DNA of 31,224 nt from Candidatus Thorarchaeota archaeon (GTDB lineage Archaea > Asgardarchaeota > Thorarchaeia > Thorarchaeales > Thorarchaeaceae), in assembly GCA_048882325.1 (NCBI GenBank), contig JBHLRS010000035.1:1-31224 (forward strand), in the 5' to 3' direction. The notes beneath the pieces are model-generated. The model made no database searches and was not told the origin of the DNA. It saw only the letters and a program-made list of their open reading frames with translations. This document shows positions 18,591 to 27,446 of the stretch, piece after piece. The stretch's first letter is position 1. Each line of letters opens with the position of its first letter. Both the position numbers and the translations under genes were made by a program.

Positions 18591-18617
18591 GTGAATATGT
18601 CTCACAAAAATATTCAC
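18591..18617. promoter_or_regulatory. Inverted repeat in a divergent intergenic region (candidate operator)
   Basis: GTGAATAT-N11-ATATTCAC, perfect 8-bp arms. Confidence 0.45.
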
Positions 18618-18668
18618 CATACTGCACTCCACCAAAACAGATATTGCATATGAAGCAGGTGAAGGCTC

Positions 18669-19022
18669 ATGAGCGAGTCAGGAATTAGACAACAACGACC
18701 CGATGAAGGTATGACCAATATGGGTCGATGGCTCGCGGTGGCTTCTGAGCTACCTTGCGCCGTAATTGCGTTTCTTCTAGTTGGGCAGATAGTCGGTGGC
18801 TCTATCGCTGGTCCATCTGGTGCAACTGCAGGTGCACTCCTCGGAGCGCTCTTTGGTTTCTTTTTTGGTGTATACAGTGTTTTCGTAACAATCAGGTACT
18901 TTGATCAGCTTGAAACCCAAAAGATGCGATTCTCTGGATATATGCCTCCCATGGAAGAGATACTTGAAGATGTGACTTTCGACCTAGATTCAACTACCAC
19001 TGATGAACCAGCAGATGAGTGA
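18669..19022 (+). CDS. Small 2-TM protein resembling the AtpZ/ATPase_gene1 family
   Basis: Pattern ..A.ELP..V..F.L.G..VG...G.L.G...G...GVY.V followed by an acidic tail; GGTGA SD-like sequence; close to the ATPase genes. Confidence 0.55.
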   Translation: MSESGIRQQRPDEGMTNMGRWLAVASELPCAVIAFLLVGQIVGGSIAGPSGATAGALLGALFGFFFGVYSVFVTIRYFDQLETQKMRFSGYMPPMEEILEDVTFDLDSTTTDEPADE

Positions 19023-19028
19023 CAAGAT

Positions 19029-19589
19029 CTATTCGAGAAACTCTGAGTCGTCTGCATCAAGGACTTCAATGATAACACTTGATGCGTACCTTCCAACACC
19101 AGCAATAATTATCTGAATCAGTAAGGAGATGAAGAACGCTCCAAGTCCGTATCCAAAGATTCTGAGCAGGACCGATGTGCCAGCCCAAGGTCCAAGATAG
19201 TATAGATCGATGAGATACCAGATGTAGATTCCTGTTATTGCCATAAGAAGAACCAGAACTGCAAAGACTGATACCACCAACCTGACCCTAGGTGTACTCA
19301 TCTTTACCTCTTCGACTCCAGGTCCAACGACGGCATCTCCAATCCGTCTTGAGAATCTGATGAACACACTCATGGCAGCCAGAAAAACCAGCAATGAAAG
19401 GATGCTGGTGACTAGAAGAACTAAGATCTTCAACTCATTATTCAATTGGAGGAACTCATCAGCAATGTAGTAGGCTGAAAACGAACCGATCATCACAATC
19501 ACAGAAACAATCTGTATGACGAAGGTGATGGTGGCAGAGCTTCTGAAGAGACTTCCAAGATTGATGTAATCCTCTCGAGGCGCCGTCAT
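19029..19589 (-). CDS. Hypothetical 4-TM membrane protein
   Basis: Four hydrophobic segments arranged as two similar hairpins. ATG 19589 is preferred because the longer ORF-track extension runs through the divergent promoter region. Confidence 0.7.
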   Translation of the reverse strand: MTAPREDYINLGSLFRSSATITFVIQIVSVIVMIGSFSAYYIADEFLQLNNELKILVLLVTSILSLLVFLAAMSVFIRFSRRIGDAVVGPGVEEVKMSTPRVRLVVSVFAVLVLLMAITGIYIWYLIDLYYLGPWAGTSVLLRIFGYGLGAFFISLLIQIIIAGVGRYASSVIIEVLDADDSEFLE

Positions 19590-19732
19590 ATTGACCAACA
19601 AACCGAGGTAGAATGCAAGTCTTTTGAATTCTTCTACTGAGAAAATAGGATGTGTAGCGCCTTCGTCAAGCTTATATCGGGCATACATTCCCCTTCGGTA
19701 GTCCTCATCAGATTGTGAGGAGTAGAAAATCT

Positions 19733-20797
19733 ATGATGGCGTCCAAATCTGCCAATGAATATGGCTTTGTCAATGCAAGGATACGTGGCATGAAGTCTCG
19801 TTTCCTTACAGTTGGCAATTATGAAAGCCTATTATCAAGCAGTAGTTATGAGGACTTCATCAAGATACTCTCTGGGACCTACTATGGTCAAATCATCAGC
19901 AGAGACTCATCAACCGGTAGACCAAGTCCTGAGGAATTGGCTCTAGTTCTTTCACGCGACTTTGCTACTGTGAGCAATAATCTGTCACGTTCACTCACAG
20001 GGAAGGTTCGCGAATTCACGAACACGTACCTTGAGATGTTCATGGCAGAGAGCGTGAAGTCGATTATCCGAGGTATTCATGTTGGTCTTGATAGGGATGA
20101 GATTCTGCGTTTTGCTGTTCCACAGGATCCAGAACAGGCAACTCTCTTCGAGTCACTTGTGGATGCGGGTTCGATTAGCAAGTTGATTGACCTACTTTCC
20201 CAGTGGGACCTTAGGGTGGCGCTCTTGACCAAACTTCCGAGCTATGAAGAGTTCAACTCACCAGCTCCACTAGAGGTAGCAATTGAAGAATGGTATCTCA
20301 AACGGGTCTTAGAAGCACTCAAAGAGTTCTCCACTGAAGAACAGAAACGAGTGCTTGATATCCTAGAAGCTAGGGTGATTCTTAGAAACGCACTGACTGC
20401 CATGCGAGCAGTCGCGCTTCAACTAGAGTCACGTGCTCTAGAACAGTCACTGGTGAGATTTGCCAAAGCACGTGAGTTCACTGACTCGCTTAAGACAGCG
20501 AACACATGGCGAGACGTAATCACGAAGCTGGATTCAACACGTTTTGGTGATTTTGGTGGAAGACTTGCTCGGCTCTACGAGGAAACTGAAGATCTCTCAG
20601 ATGTAGAGCTAGCTATTGAGGACTTTATTGCTCAGAGAGTGAAACAACAGCTGACAGCTTTTCCTTTCCACCTAGGCACAATCATCGGATTCTTCAACCT
20701 CAAATTCTATGAGGTTCGAAACATCCGCTCGATTGCTGTTGGAGTTGAACGAGGCCAGTCGGCAGAAAACATTAGAAAGATGATAACAATCTGGTGA
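19733..20797 (+). CDS. atpC: A/V-type ATPase subunit C (V0 d / AC39 family)
   Basis: YGFVNARIRGMKSRFL, GTYYG, F...K.YEVRNIRSIA.G; ATG 19733 follows a GAGGAG SD-like sequence. Confidence 0.92.
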   Translation: MMASKSANEYGFVNARIRGMKSRFLTVGNYESLLSSSSYEDFIKILSGTYYGQIISRDSSTGRPSPEELALVLSRDFATVSNNLSRSLTGKVREFTNTYLEMFMAESVKSIIRGIHVGLDRDEILRFAVPQDPEQATLFESLVDAGSISKLIDLLSQWDLRVALLTKLPSYEEFNSPAPLEVAIEEWYLKRVLEALKEFSTEEQKRVLDILEARVILRNALTAMRAVALQLESRALEQSLVRFAKAREFTDSLKTANTWRDVITKLDSTRFGDFGGRLARLYEETEDLSDVELAIEDFIAQRVKQQLTAFPFHLGTIIGFFNLKFYEVRNIRSIAVGVERGQSAENIRKMITIW

Positions 20798-20817
20798 GAT
20801 GTGGAGGAAATGATCAC

Positions 20818-21222
20818 ATGAAAATCGACAATCGAATCAAGTTCATGGCCATGATGATGATGGGTATAGTCCTGATGACTCTTGCAGTATTTGCGATTTC
20901 AATGGCCGAAGCTTCTACGGTTCTGAGAGCGCTTGGTGTACCAGTTGATCCCGGGTTCACACCCGCTCAACTAGCTGATGGAGACGGTTTTGCAATTCTA
21001 GGTATTGGAATTGGTGCAGGTCTTGCTCTAGGTCTAGCTGGAATTGGTGCAGGTATGGGAATGGGTACAGCTTCTGCAGCGGCGCTCGGAGCCATCACTG
21101 AAAAACCTGAAACCTTTGGGAAAAGTATTCTTTACGTAGTATTTATCGAAGCTGTGGCTATCTACGGTTTCGTCATTGCTTTCCTACTTGTGGGATACAT
21201 ACCAACAATTCTGCATGCTTAA
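20818..21222 (+). CDS. atpK: A/V-type ATPase proteolipid subunit K (c), single hairpin plus N-terminal hydrophobic segment
   Basis: GAGLALGLAGIGAG.G.G, AITEKPE.FGK, ion-binding E in FIEAVAIYG; GGAGGA SD-like sequence before ATG 20818. Confidence 0.95.
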   Translation: MKIDNRIKFMAMMMMGIVLMTLAVFAISMAEASTVLRALGVPVDPGFTPAQLADGDGFAILGIGIGAGLALGLAGIGAGMGMGTASAAALGAITEKPETFGKSILYVVFIEAVAIYGFVIAFLLVGYIPTILHA

Positions 21223-21261
21223 GAAGACACAGAGAAACTAGTAGAGGTGATCTTCCTCCCT

Positions 21262-21891
21262 CTACTCTTTCTTTTCTCCAGAACCAAAAAGGATGGATGA
21301 GACTGTGTCCCGTATGTCACCCTCCAGACGTTCAAGCCTTGCCTCGAAGGTGTTGTCTACCCACATTGTACCTTCCTTATTTCGGACAATCACGCCCCCA
21401 GTTGCACGAACATCCTCCTTGGAGATACTCAATTTTCTCTTCTTGCCTGTTGCTTTTGTCACAGACGCCTCGACAGCTTTCAGATCTATTTTTGATGAAT
21501 GATTCTTGGGTGTGATGATCTCAAGATCAGTATCTTCAAGAGCTGTGGCTGCATCTACAATCAGCGTTTCGAGTGTCTTGCTGTAGGCTGCTTTCTTCAC
21601 AAGGTCTTCAAGATGTTTCCTTGCTGATGACATGACTTCTTCAATTAGTGCTTCTTTTGCCTCTAGAAGTTTGTACTTTGATTGTAACTTAGCGCTAGCC
21701 TCGTATCTGGAAACCTCTGCATTTGATTCAATCTCAGCCTTACCAGTGATGGCAGCAGTGACTTCTTTGGCTTTTTCACGGGCATCTTTAAGCTTCTGTA
21801 CTTTGTGAGTTTCAGCCTCAGAAAGAATCTCTTTCTCCTTCTCAGCAGTCTTGGAGTTGATGATTTCAATTATGTTTGTCATTCCACTCAT
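21262..21891 (-). CDS. atpE: A/V-type ATPase peripheral stalk subunit E
   Basis: N-terminal coiled coil; C-terminal GGVIV...G...VDNTFEARL...ILF. Confidence 0.92.
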   Translation of the reverse strand: MSGMTNIIEIINSKTAEKEKEILSEAETHKVQKLKDAREKAKEVTAAITGKAEIESNAEVSRYEASAKLQSKYKLLEAKEALIEEVMSSARKHLEDLVKKAAYSKTLETLIVDAATALEDTDLEIITPKNHSSKIDLKAVEASVTKATGKKRKLSISKEDVRATGGVIVRNKEGTMWVDNTFEARLERLEGDIRDTVSSILFGSGEKKE

Positions 21892-21895
21892 GATA

Positions 21896-22219
21896 TCATG
21901 CCTCCTCCAACAGGATCTTTACAACTGCTTTGTAGGCATCATCCTTCTTCTTTTGGGCTGATTCCTGCATCTTTTTAATCGTCTTCTCTGTTTCTTTGAA
22001 AACCGACGATTCAATCTCTACTTTTCTACTTTCGATTTCACTGAGCATCTTTGTGGCAGTATCTTTCGCTTTTCTTTCAGCAACTTCGATAATCTTCTTT
22101 GCCTCTTCATCGGCATCCTCATGGATCTTACGCGCCTTCTTCTGAGCATCTTCGATTCTCTGCTTGGCTGCCATCTCAGTCTCGTGAATCTGGTCGATTT
22201 CATCGTGTGCCGCACACAT
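21896..22219 (-). CDS. atpH: A/V-type ATPase peripheral stalk subunit H (G-like)
   Basis: About 107-aa E/K/A-rich coiled coil (I.E.E..A...IEDA.KKA..I...A.EEA..II..A) directly upstream of subunit E. Confidence 0.8.
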   Translation of the reverse strand: MCAAHDEIDQIHETEMAAKQRIEDAQKKARKIHEDADEEAKKIIEVAERKAKDTATKMLSEIESRKVEIESSVFKETEKTIKKMQESAQKKKDDAYKAVVKILLEEA

Positions 22220-22390
22220 GTCTATTCCTCATAGTACACGATATGATTCCACCACGAATATCTCCCCCCTTTAAAGATTGACCTCTGTAGTAAAGGTTAT
22301 TTGGAGCATGGGAAGCAACCCGTACTTACACAGCTCACTATGCTGACCTATTAGCGGGCATTTTCGGGTTGTATACACGGTGATGACAGA

Positions 22391-24553
22391 ATGGGTCTAA
22401 TGAGTCCAAAGAATATGATAGTCGCCAAAGTAGTGTCTCACAAGGACTTTGAGAGGCAGGTCTTGATGTCGCTAGAGGAGTTCTCACTCTTTGAGTTCAT
22501 TGATGTTCGGCGACAAGCAGGGATTGTAGATGTGAAACGGACTCGTGATGAGGAATCCGTTTATTCAGCCCATGAACGGTTGACAAAGGTTCTCGAGTCA
22601 CTAGAGATCGACCCAACTAGACGTACAGGTACCTATACAGAAGTGGATGACACCACACTTGAAAATTCATTGAAATTGGCATCAGAGGTCATCTCCGCTG
22701 TTGAAGCAGAAGTCCTTGATATCGACTCTAAAGCAACCATCGCCCGTCTTGAGATGGAACGCCAGAGAGGCATCGCTGATGTTGCTGTTTCCCTAAAGCC
22801 TCTAGGAGTCGATCCCAGTCTCATTGGTACCACTGAGTTCACATTCACTACTGCTGGGATTGTCCCCTCAGGTAGAGAGTCAGAGCTAGAGTGGAGCATC
22901 AATGAAGTGACCGAAGGTGCGTTCACAATTGGTACATTGTCTCTGAAGAGAGGCGGTTCAGCTTGTGTCATCACGGTTCCAGTCGAGCTGAAAGACGCTG
23001 TTGAACGAATTCTCTCTGCTATGCAATTCGAAGCTTTTGCAATCCCTGAGGACTCATCAGGCCATCCGGAGCAGATTGTTGAAGATGCTGAGAAACAGAT
23101 TACCGATCTCGAAGAAGAAATCGAACAACTCGAGATGCGGAAGAACCATATTGCAATGGAGTGGGGAACAAGAATCCTCGCTGCTTGGGAAACTCTTGAC
23201 ATAGAGCGAAAAAGGATTGACATCAAGAGCTACATTGTCTACACTGACCAGGCCATCAAGATGTGGGGGTGGATTCCTGAGGGTAGGGAGGAACAGCTGG
23301 AGTCTATTCTTCGTGAGAACGTAGGTCCTGCTCTTGAGGTGACCTTTGACAAACCTGACTTTGCTGAGGTAGAGGCACCAACATACATCTCTAACCCTGG
23401 ATACATGAAGCCAACAGAGGATGTTGTCAAAGCCTTTGGTATTCCCTCTCGTCATGATCTCGATCCAACCAAGCTCATGGCATGGTCATTTCCATTGATT
23501 TTTGGTCTTGTCTTTTCTGATGTTGGGCAGGGATTCTTGATACTACTCATCGGACTAGCAGCCTATCGGGCTAACAAAAAGGGTCAGGATTGGGGCTCAA
23601 TTCTTGGTTATGTTCAGAACGGAGCCCAAGGTCTGATGATGATGGGTATTTTCGCAATGCTAGGTGGTTTTCTCTTTGGAAGCTTCTTTGGTGCAGAAAC
23701 AGTCATTGAACCCTTGTGGCCAGTATTTGCTCATACCGACCCCAACCGGTCGACGCACATGCTCAAACTCTCAATTGAGGTGGGAGTGATTCACATTTCT
23801 TTGGGAATTATCCTCAGTCTGTACAATGAACTAAAGCACAAAAACATGCGAAAAGCATTGATTTCTGCATCCTATCTTTGGATGTATATTGGATTCATAA
23901 TCCTCTTGTTTGGGGTCAGTTACAACAGTATCGGGAACTGGTTCAGTTCAAGTGGCACAGTTTCTCTATGGGTTCCGATTATTGGTATTGGATATGGAAC
24001 TGGGACTCACAATCCCTTCTATCCAGTTCTTCCCATTGCTCCAATGACATTCTCACTCTTGATGTTCATTGTGCCTCTAGTTATCATGCTGATTTCATCA
24101 CTCATAGGTAAAATGGACGGCGTGGTACATCTTCTAGAATCAGTCATAGGAATGATTAGCCACACTGTCAGTTACGCGCGTATCTTTGCATTAAACACCG
24201 TTCACATCATTCTAAGCAGTGTCTTCATATCATTACCTGCAATTATCACAATCACATTCAATCCAGTTTCGATTTTTGGAGTTGAGATAATCCCTCATGA
24301 GGTCTACTACCACGCAACAGAGGAGATGGGTGCACCCTCGCTACCTCTGCTTGGTGCGTTCATTGGCACCCTAATAGTGGGAATCCTAGAAGGCTTGCTT
24401 GGGTTCATGCACACACTCAGGCTACACTTTGTAGAGTGGTTCAGCAAGTTCTATCATGCTGGTGGAATTGAGTTCCAACCATTCTGTATGAAACGTCTAC
24501 ACACTATGGCGGTTGGTCCAGAAGCTATTGCATCAAATATCCCGGCGTCGTGA
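22391..24553 (+). CDS. atpI: A/V-type ATPase subunit I (a)
   Basis: P..M, GWIP, PT...NP, P...LDPT, FG..F.DVGQG, G..FGSFFG, SHTVSYARIFAL (essential Arg), EGL...HTLRLHFVEWFSKFY..GG..F.PF. Confidence 0.96.
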   Translation: MGLMSPKNMIVAKVVSHKDFERQVLMSLEEFSLFEFIDVRRQAGIVDVKRTRDEESVYSAHERLTKVLESLEIDPTRRTGTYTEVDDTTLENSLKLASEVISAVEAEVLDIDSKATIARLEMERQRGIADVAVSLKPLGVDPSLIGTTEFTFTTAGIVPSGRESELEWSINEVTEGAFTIGTLSLKRGGSACVITVPVELKDAVERILSAMQFEAFAIPEDSSGHPEQIVEDAEKQITDLEEEIEQLEMRKNHIAMEWGTRILAAWETLDIERKRIDIKSYIVYTDQAIKMWGWIPEGREEQLESILRENVGPALEVTFDKPDFAEVEAPTYISNPGYMKPTEDVVKAFGIPSRHDLDPTKLMAWSFPLIFGLVFSDVGQGFLILLIGLAAYRANKKGQDWGSILGYVQNGAQGLMMMGIFAMLGGFLFGSFFGAETVIEPLWPVFAHTDPNRSTHMLKLSIEVGVIHISLGIILSLYNELKHKNMRKALISASYLWMYIGFIILLFGVSYNSIGNWFSSSGTVSLWVPIIGIGYGTGTHNPFYPVLPIAPMTFSLLMFIVPLVIMLISSLIGKMDGVVHLLESVIGMISHTVSYARIFALNTVHIILSSVFISLPAIITITFNPVSIFGVEIIPHEVYYHATEEMGAPSLPLLGAFIGTLIVGILEGLLGFMHTLRLHFVEWFSKFYHAGGIEFQPFCMKRLHTMAVGPEAIASNIPAS

Positions 24554-24568
24554 TGAGTTAACCACATA

Positions 24569-26920
24569 TCATTGGCCAGCTGAGCCGAGGTAGAGTGCAA
24601 TCAGCTCAGTTTCACCTTTCTGGCTTGGATCCTGGTCTCTCTCAAGTCGTTGCCTGTTGTCCCAGATAGCCCGTGCCAGAAGATCCGTGGTCTTCGCTCG
24701 TCCGTCAACGTTCTGGGCAGCTTGTGCATCTCCCACTTGTTGGAAGACCTGAGCAGCCACAGTGTAATTGCCTACAGCTTCTCGGAGCTGGTCATTTGCA
24801 TCTGAGTAGTATCTCTTCGCTTTGGAACGTTCCCCCTTCAGGAACATATACTCAGCCAAGAAGTCGTTCTTAGCACCAAGGATTCGTGAGAGGTCTCCCT
24901 TGAATTTCAAAACGACACCTTGAAGCTGCTTCACCTGCATCTCAACATTGTTCTTTGCTCGTAACTCATCACCCTTCACGCTGTCAAGCTCGCTCGCAGC
25001 TGATTCAAAAGATGCAACTGTCTGCATTATCCTAGCAATTGCACCATCATGAACCTCGAGTGCATCCTCAATGGGGTCGTCATCATCGAGCTGAGCTAGC
25101 TCATCCGCGAGTCTCCTGAAGGCGTTAACCCGTTCAATCTGTGCTCTGAATGACCACTGCTCTGATTGTCGAGAGTATACCTGAGCTTCTGAAGCGAATG
25201 CTGTGGCAAGAGCAAGTCTTCCCAAGTCGGTCAGTTCATTTGCAGGCTCTTTCTCACCAATCACCTTGTAGTAAGAAGCAGCCTCAGCTGCGTGAAGGTT
25301 CTCTAAGATTCGTGACATGATGAATTTCACACCATGATCTAAGTTTGCACTCAGCTGAAATTGAATCATATACTTCACATTGTTAAGGAGTGCAAGAGTT
25401 CTGTTTCTAAGGGCTCCTACTTCCTCATCTTCAGCCTCAAGACTCAGCAGTATTCCGAGGCTGTTTAAACCCTCACGAATTGAGTCAAGTGCCTCTGCTG
25501 GATCATCCCTCATCTGAGCTTGAGCTTCATCAAGATCCTTACCAACATCCTGAATGAGTCCAGTCTTTCGAAGGTCTTTTGCAAACTCTATCTGGTCAAT
25601 GATACTGCTGATGTCATCTGTCTTCCTCTTCTTTTTCGCAAGAAGGTCTTTAACAAAACTGTAAGTCTTGAGGTCCTCCTTAATGGCGCTTGTGAGTTCT
25701 CTGGTCTTTGCGAGCTTCTCTGCTTTCTGTAATTTCTTGAAAATGTCCTTCAGAACAATGTTGGCCTCTGCTTTGTTGTTCAGTGTAATCAATTCCGATA
25801 ATGTTACAACACTTGCTTCGACACTACAATACAACGACTGAGCCTTTTTTTGTTCCTTATCAAGACGTGACTGCTCAGCATTAGTCTGGAGTGCAAGTAC
25901 TTCCCTAAAGCACTTCTCAGCACGGCCGAAGGCCTCAGATGCAACATGGTACAGCTTTGATGCATCCTCCAAGTTACCTGCTCTCATCTGTGCATCTGCA
26001 ATGTCGGTATAAGTCATTGCTAGATACACCTCACTGAGTCCTGCAGTGTTCTGTTTCCAGGACTTGATCATGGACACTCTATCTTTGTGTTCACGTTTCT
26101 TCCCGAAATGTGGGAGTGCCTCATTATAGAGGTCTGTTGCTTGTTCAAAGATGAACGAGCTGATTATGTCTCTCCATACAAGTTCATCGAAGGGGTTGAA
26201 CGCCTGCCTGAAAGTACTCTCTTGACTGATGAGTTCGTTCAAGAATTCATCATAGAACTCAGCTTCCGCACTCTTGTTCTTTCCAAGAATCGCGGTCAGC
26301 TCGTTGTCATCTTCCTCAAGACTCTCTGTCAGTAGAGTATATGCTTGCATACCTAAAGCCACTCGTCTGAGTTTTTGTGTGCCATCCACTTTGCTTGGGA
26401 CTGCAGAGAATGGCTTTTCCAGCATTGTGTAAACTGCAGCAAGATGTTTCGAAGCGCTCTTTTCTTTATCCTCATGTTCTTCCTCGACAAAAGGTCCACT
26501 TGCAGCTGCTGCCTGATGTAACCATGCCATGACGCGAGCCATCCAAATGTCAGCCAAATTACCCTGTGCTTGTATCCTTAGTTCTTCAAGCGCGTTCTCA
26601 AGTTGGTCCTTGACCTCTCCCTCGCTCTGTGCTGCTCTATTCCTTAGGTATGCAATATCAAAATCGTCAATCATAATCTGTTCATTGAATGTTGCAATGG
26701 CATCATAGAGCTCTGTAAACGAGTCGTGCATCTCGATGCGCTTCTGCTCAAGACCTTCCCGGTCGTCTATGTCATGCAATGAAAACTCCCGCACTGCATC
26801 CTGTGCCTTTATGTTGAGCTCGAAAAGGAGACTGGTAAAGATCGTTGTGTCCTCAACCTCTTTCTCTTTTGACTCCTGTTTGCTTGCCTTCTTCTTCGAG
26901 CTGGGTAGAATGTTACTCAA
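24569..26920 (-). CDS. Large all-alpha hypothetical protein (TPR/SNAP-like solenoid)
   Basis: 783 aa, A/E/L/K-rich, no TM segments, repeated A...Y..A...F patterns; TTG start with a strong GAGGAGGA SD-like sequence. Confidence 0.75.
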   Translation of the reverse strand: MSNILPSSKKKASKQESKEKEVEDTTIFTSLLFELNIKAQDAVREFSLHDIDDREGLEQKRIEMHDSFTELYDAIATFNEQIMIDDFDIAYLRNRAAQSEGEVKDQLENALEELRIQAQGNLADIWMARVMAWLHQAAAASGPFVEEEHEDKEKSASKHLAAVYTMLEKPFSAVPSKVDGTQKLRRVALGMQAYTLLTESLEEDDNELTAILGKNKSAEAEFYDEFLNELISQESTFRQAFNPFDELVWRDIISSFIFEQATDLYNEALPHFGKKREHKDRVSMIKSWKQNTAGLSEVYLAMTYTDIADAQMRAGNLEDASKLYHVASEAFGRAEKCFREVLALQTNAEQSRLDKEQKKAQSLYCSVEASVVTLSELITLNNKAEANIVLKDIFKKLQKAEKLAKTRELTSAIKEDLKTYSFVKDLLAKKKRKTDDISSIIDQIEFAKDLRKTGLIQDVGKDLDEAQAQMRDDPAEALDSIREGLNSLGILLSLEAEDEEVGALRNRTLALLNNVKYMIQFQLSANLDHGVKFIMSRILENLHAAEAASYYKVIGEKEPANELTDLGRLALATAFASEAQVYSRQSEQWSFRAQIERVNAFRRLADELAQLDDDDPIEDALEVHDGAIARIMQTVASFESAASELDSVKGDELRAKNNVEMQVKQLQGVVLKFKGDLSRILGAKNDFLAEYMFLKGERSKAKRYYSDANDQLREAVGNYTVAAQVFQQVGDAQAAQNVDGRAKTTDLLARAIWDNRQRLERDQDPSQKGETELIALYLGSAGQ

Positions 26921-26964
26921 TAGAGCATCCTCCTCTAATGTCGCGCCAAAAGCAGGAACAGCTA

Positions 26965-26980
26965 ACTCTTACTTAAGAGT
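26965..26980. promoter_or_regulatory. Palindrome overlapping a TATA-like element upstream of the 783-aa gene
   Basis: ACTCTTA-CT-TAAGAGT, perfect 7-bp arms. Confidence 0.4.
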
Positions 26981-27057
26981 ACTTACGAGGTGGGGCTATA
27001 CGGCATTTTGACTAATCTACACTAACATTCACCGAATAAAAATAGGCTGATTTGGCG

Positions 27058-27429
27058 CTACTCGTCTACAGTTCTGAACCTGATTTGTCGCCCATCTCGA
27101 AACTTCACGAGATGACCTTCTTCGACAAGCTTGTTTAAGACCTCGCTGGTCCTGGAACGGGACCTTCCCCATTTCTCGGCAAGCTCTGTAGCTGTAAGTC
27201 CCAGATCCTCATTGCTCAGGAGGTTCACTAGTCGGCTCCAACTTACATCACCTTCCAAGGTTCCACCACTGAAGACATTATACTGCCCCCGATCAAAGGG
27301 TGAACCTGCATCAGTCGAGAGTTTCAACCTGCTGGTGAGTTCCACAATGGTGTCTTTCAGAGTATAGACGGTCTCTCTAAGCTCATGGACTTCCTTTCGA
27401 AGTGCTTTCAGTTCCTTTTCTTCTGTCAA
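27058..27429 (-). CDS. Coiled-coil plus winged helix-turn-helix DNA-binding protein
   Basis: N-terminal heptads LRKEVHELRETVYTLKDTIVEL; C-terminal LTATELAEKWGRSRSRTSEVLNKLVEEGHLVKFRDGRQIRF; GGAGGG SD-like sequence before the TTG. Confidence 0.85.
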   Translation of the reverse strand: MTEEKELKALRKEVHELRETVYTLKDTIVELTSRLKLSTDAGSPFDRGQYNVFSGGTLEGDVSWSRLVNLLSNEDLGLTATELAEKWGRSRSRTSEVLNKLVEEGHLVKFRDGRQIRFRTVDE

Positions 27430-27446
27430 GATTACCCCTCCAAATC

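Noticed and set aside
22316-22371. Inverted repeat CAACCCG...CGGGTTG upstream of atpI as a possible structured leader or riboswitch
   Set aside because: Only 7 bp with a 42-nt spacer, the left arm probably lies at or before the predicted start site, and no known RNA motif is recognisable
22633-23455. Antisense ORFs (197 aa, 132 aa) inside atpI, and the many other 60-120 aa overlapping ORFs in the track
   Set aside because: Shadow frames of well-supported genes, with Ser-rich or unnatural composition and no motifs
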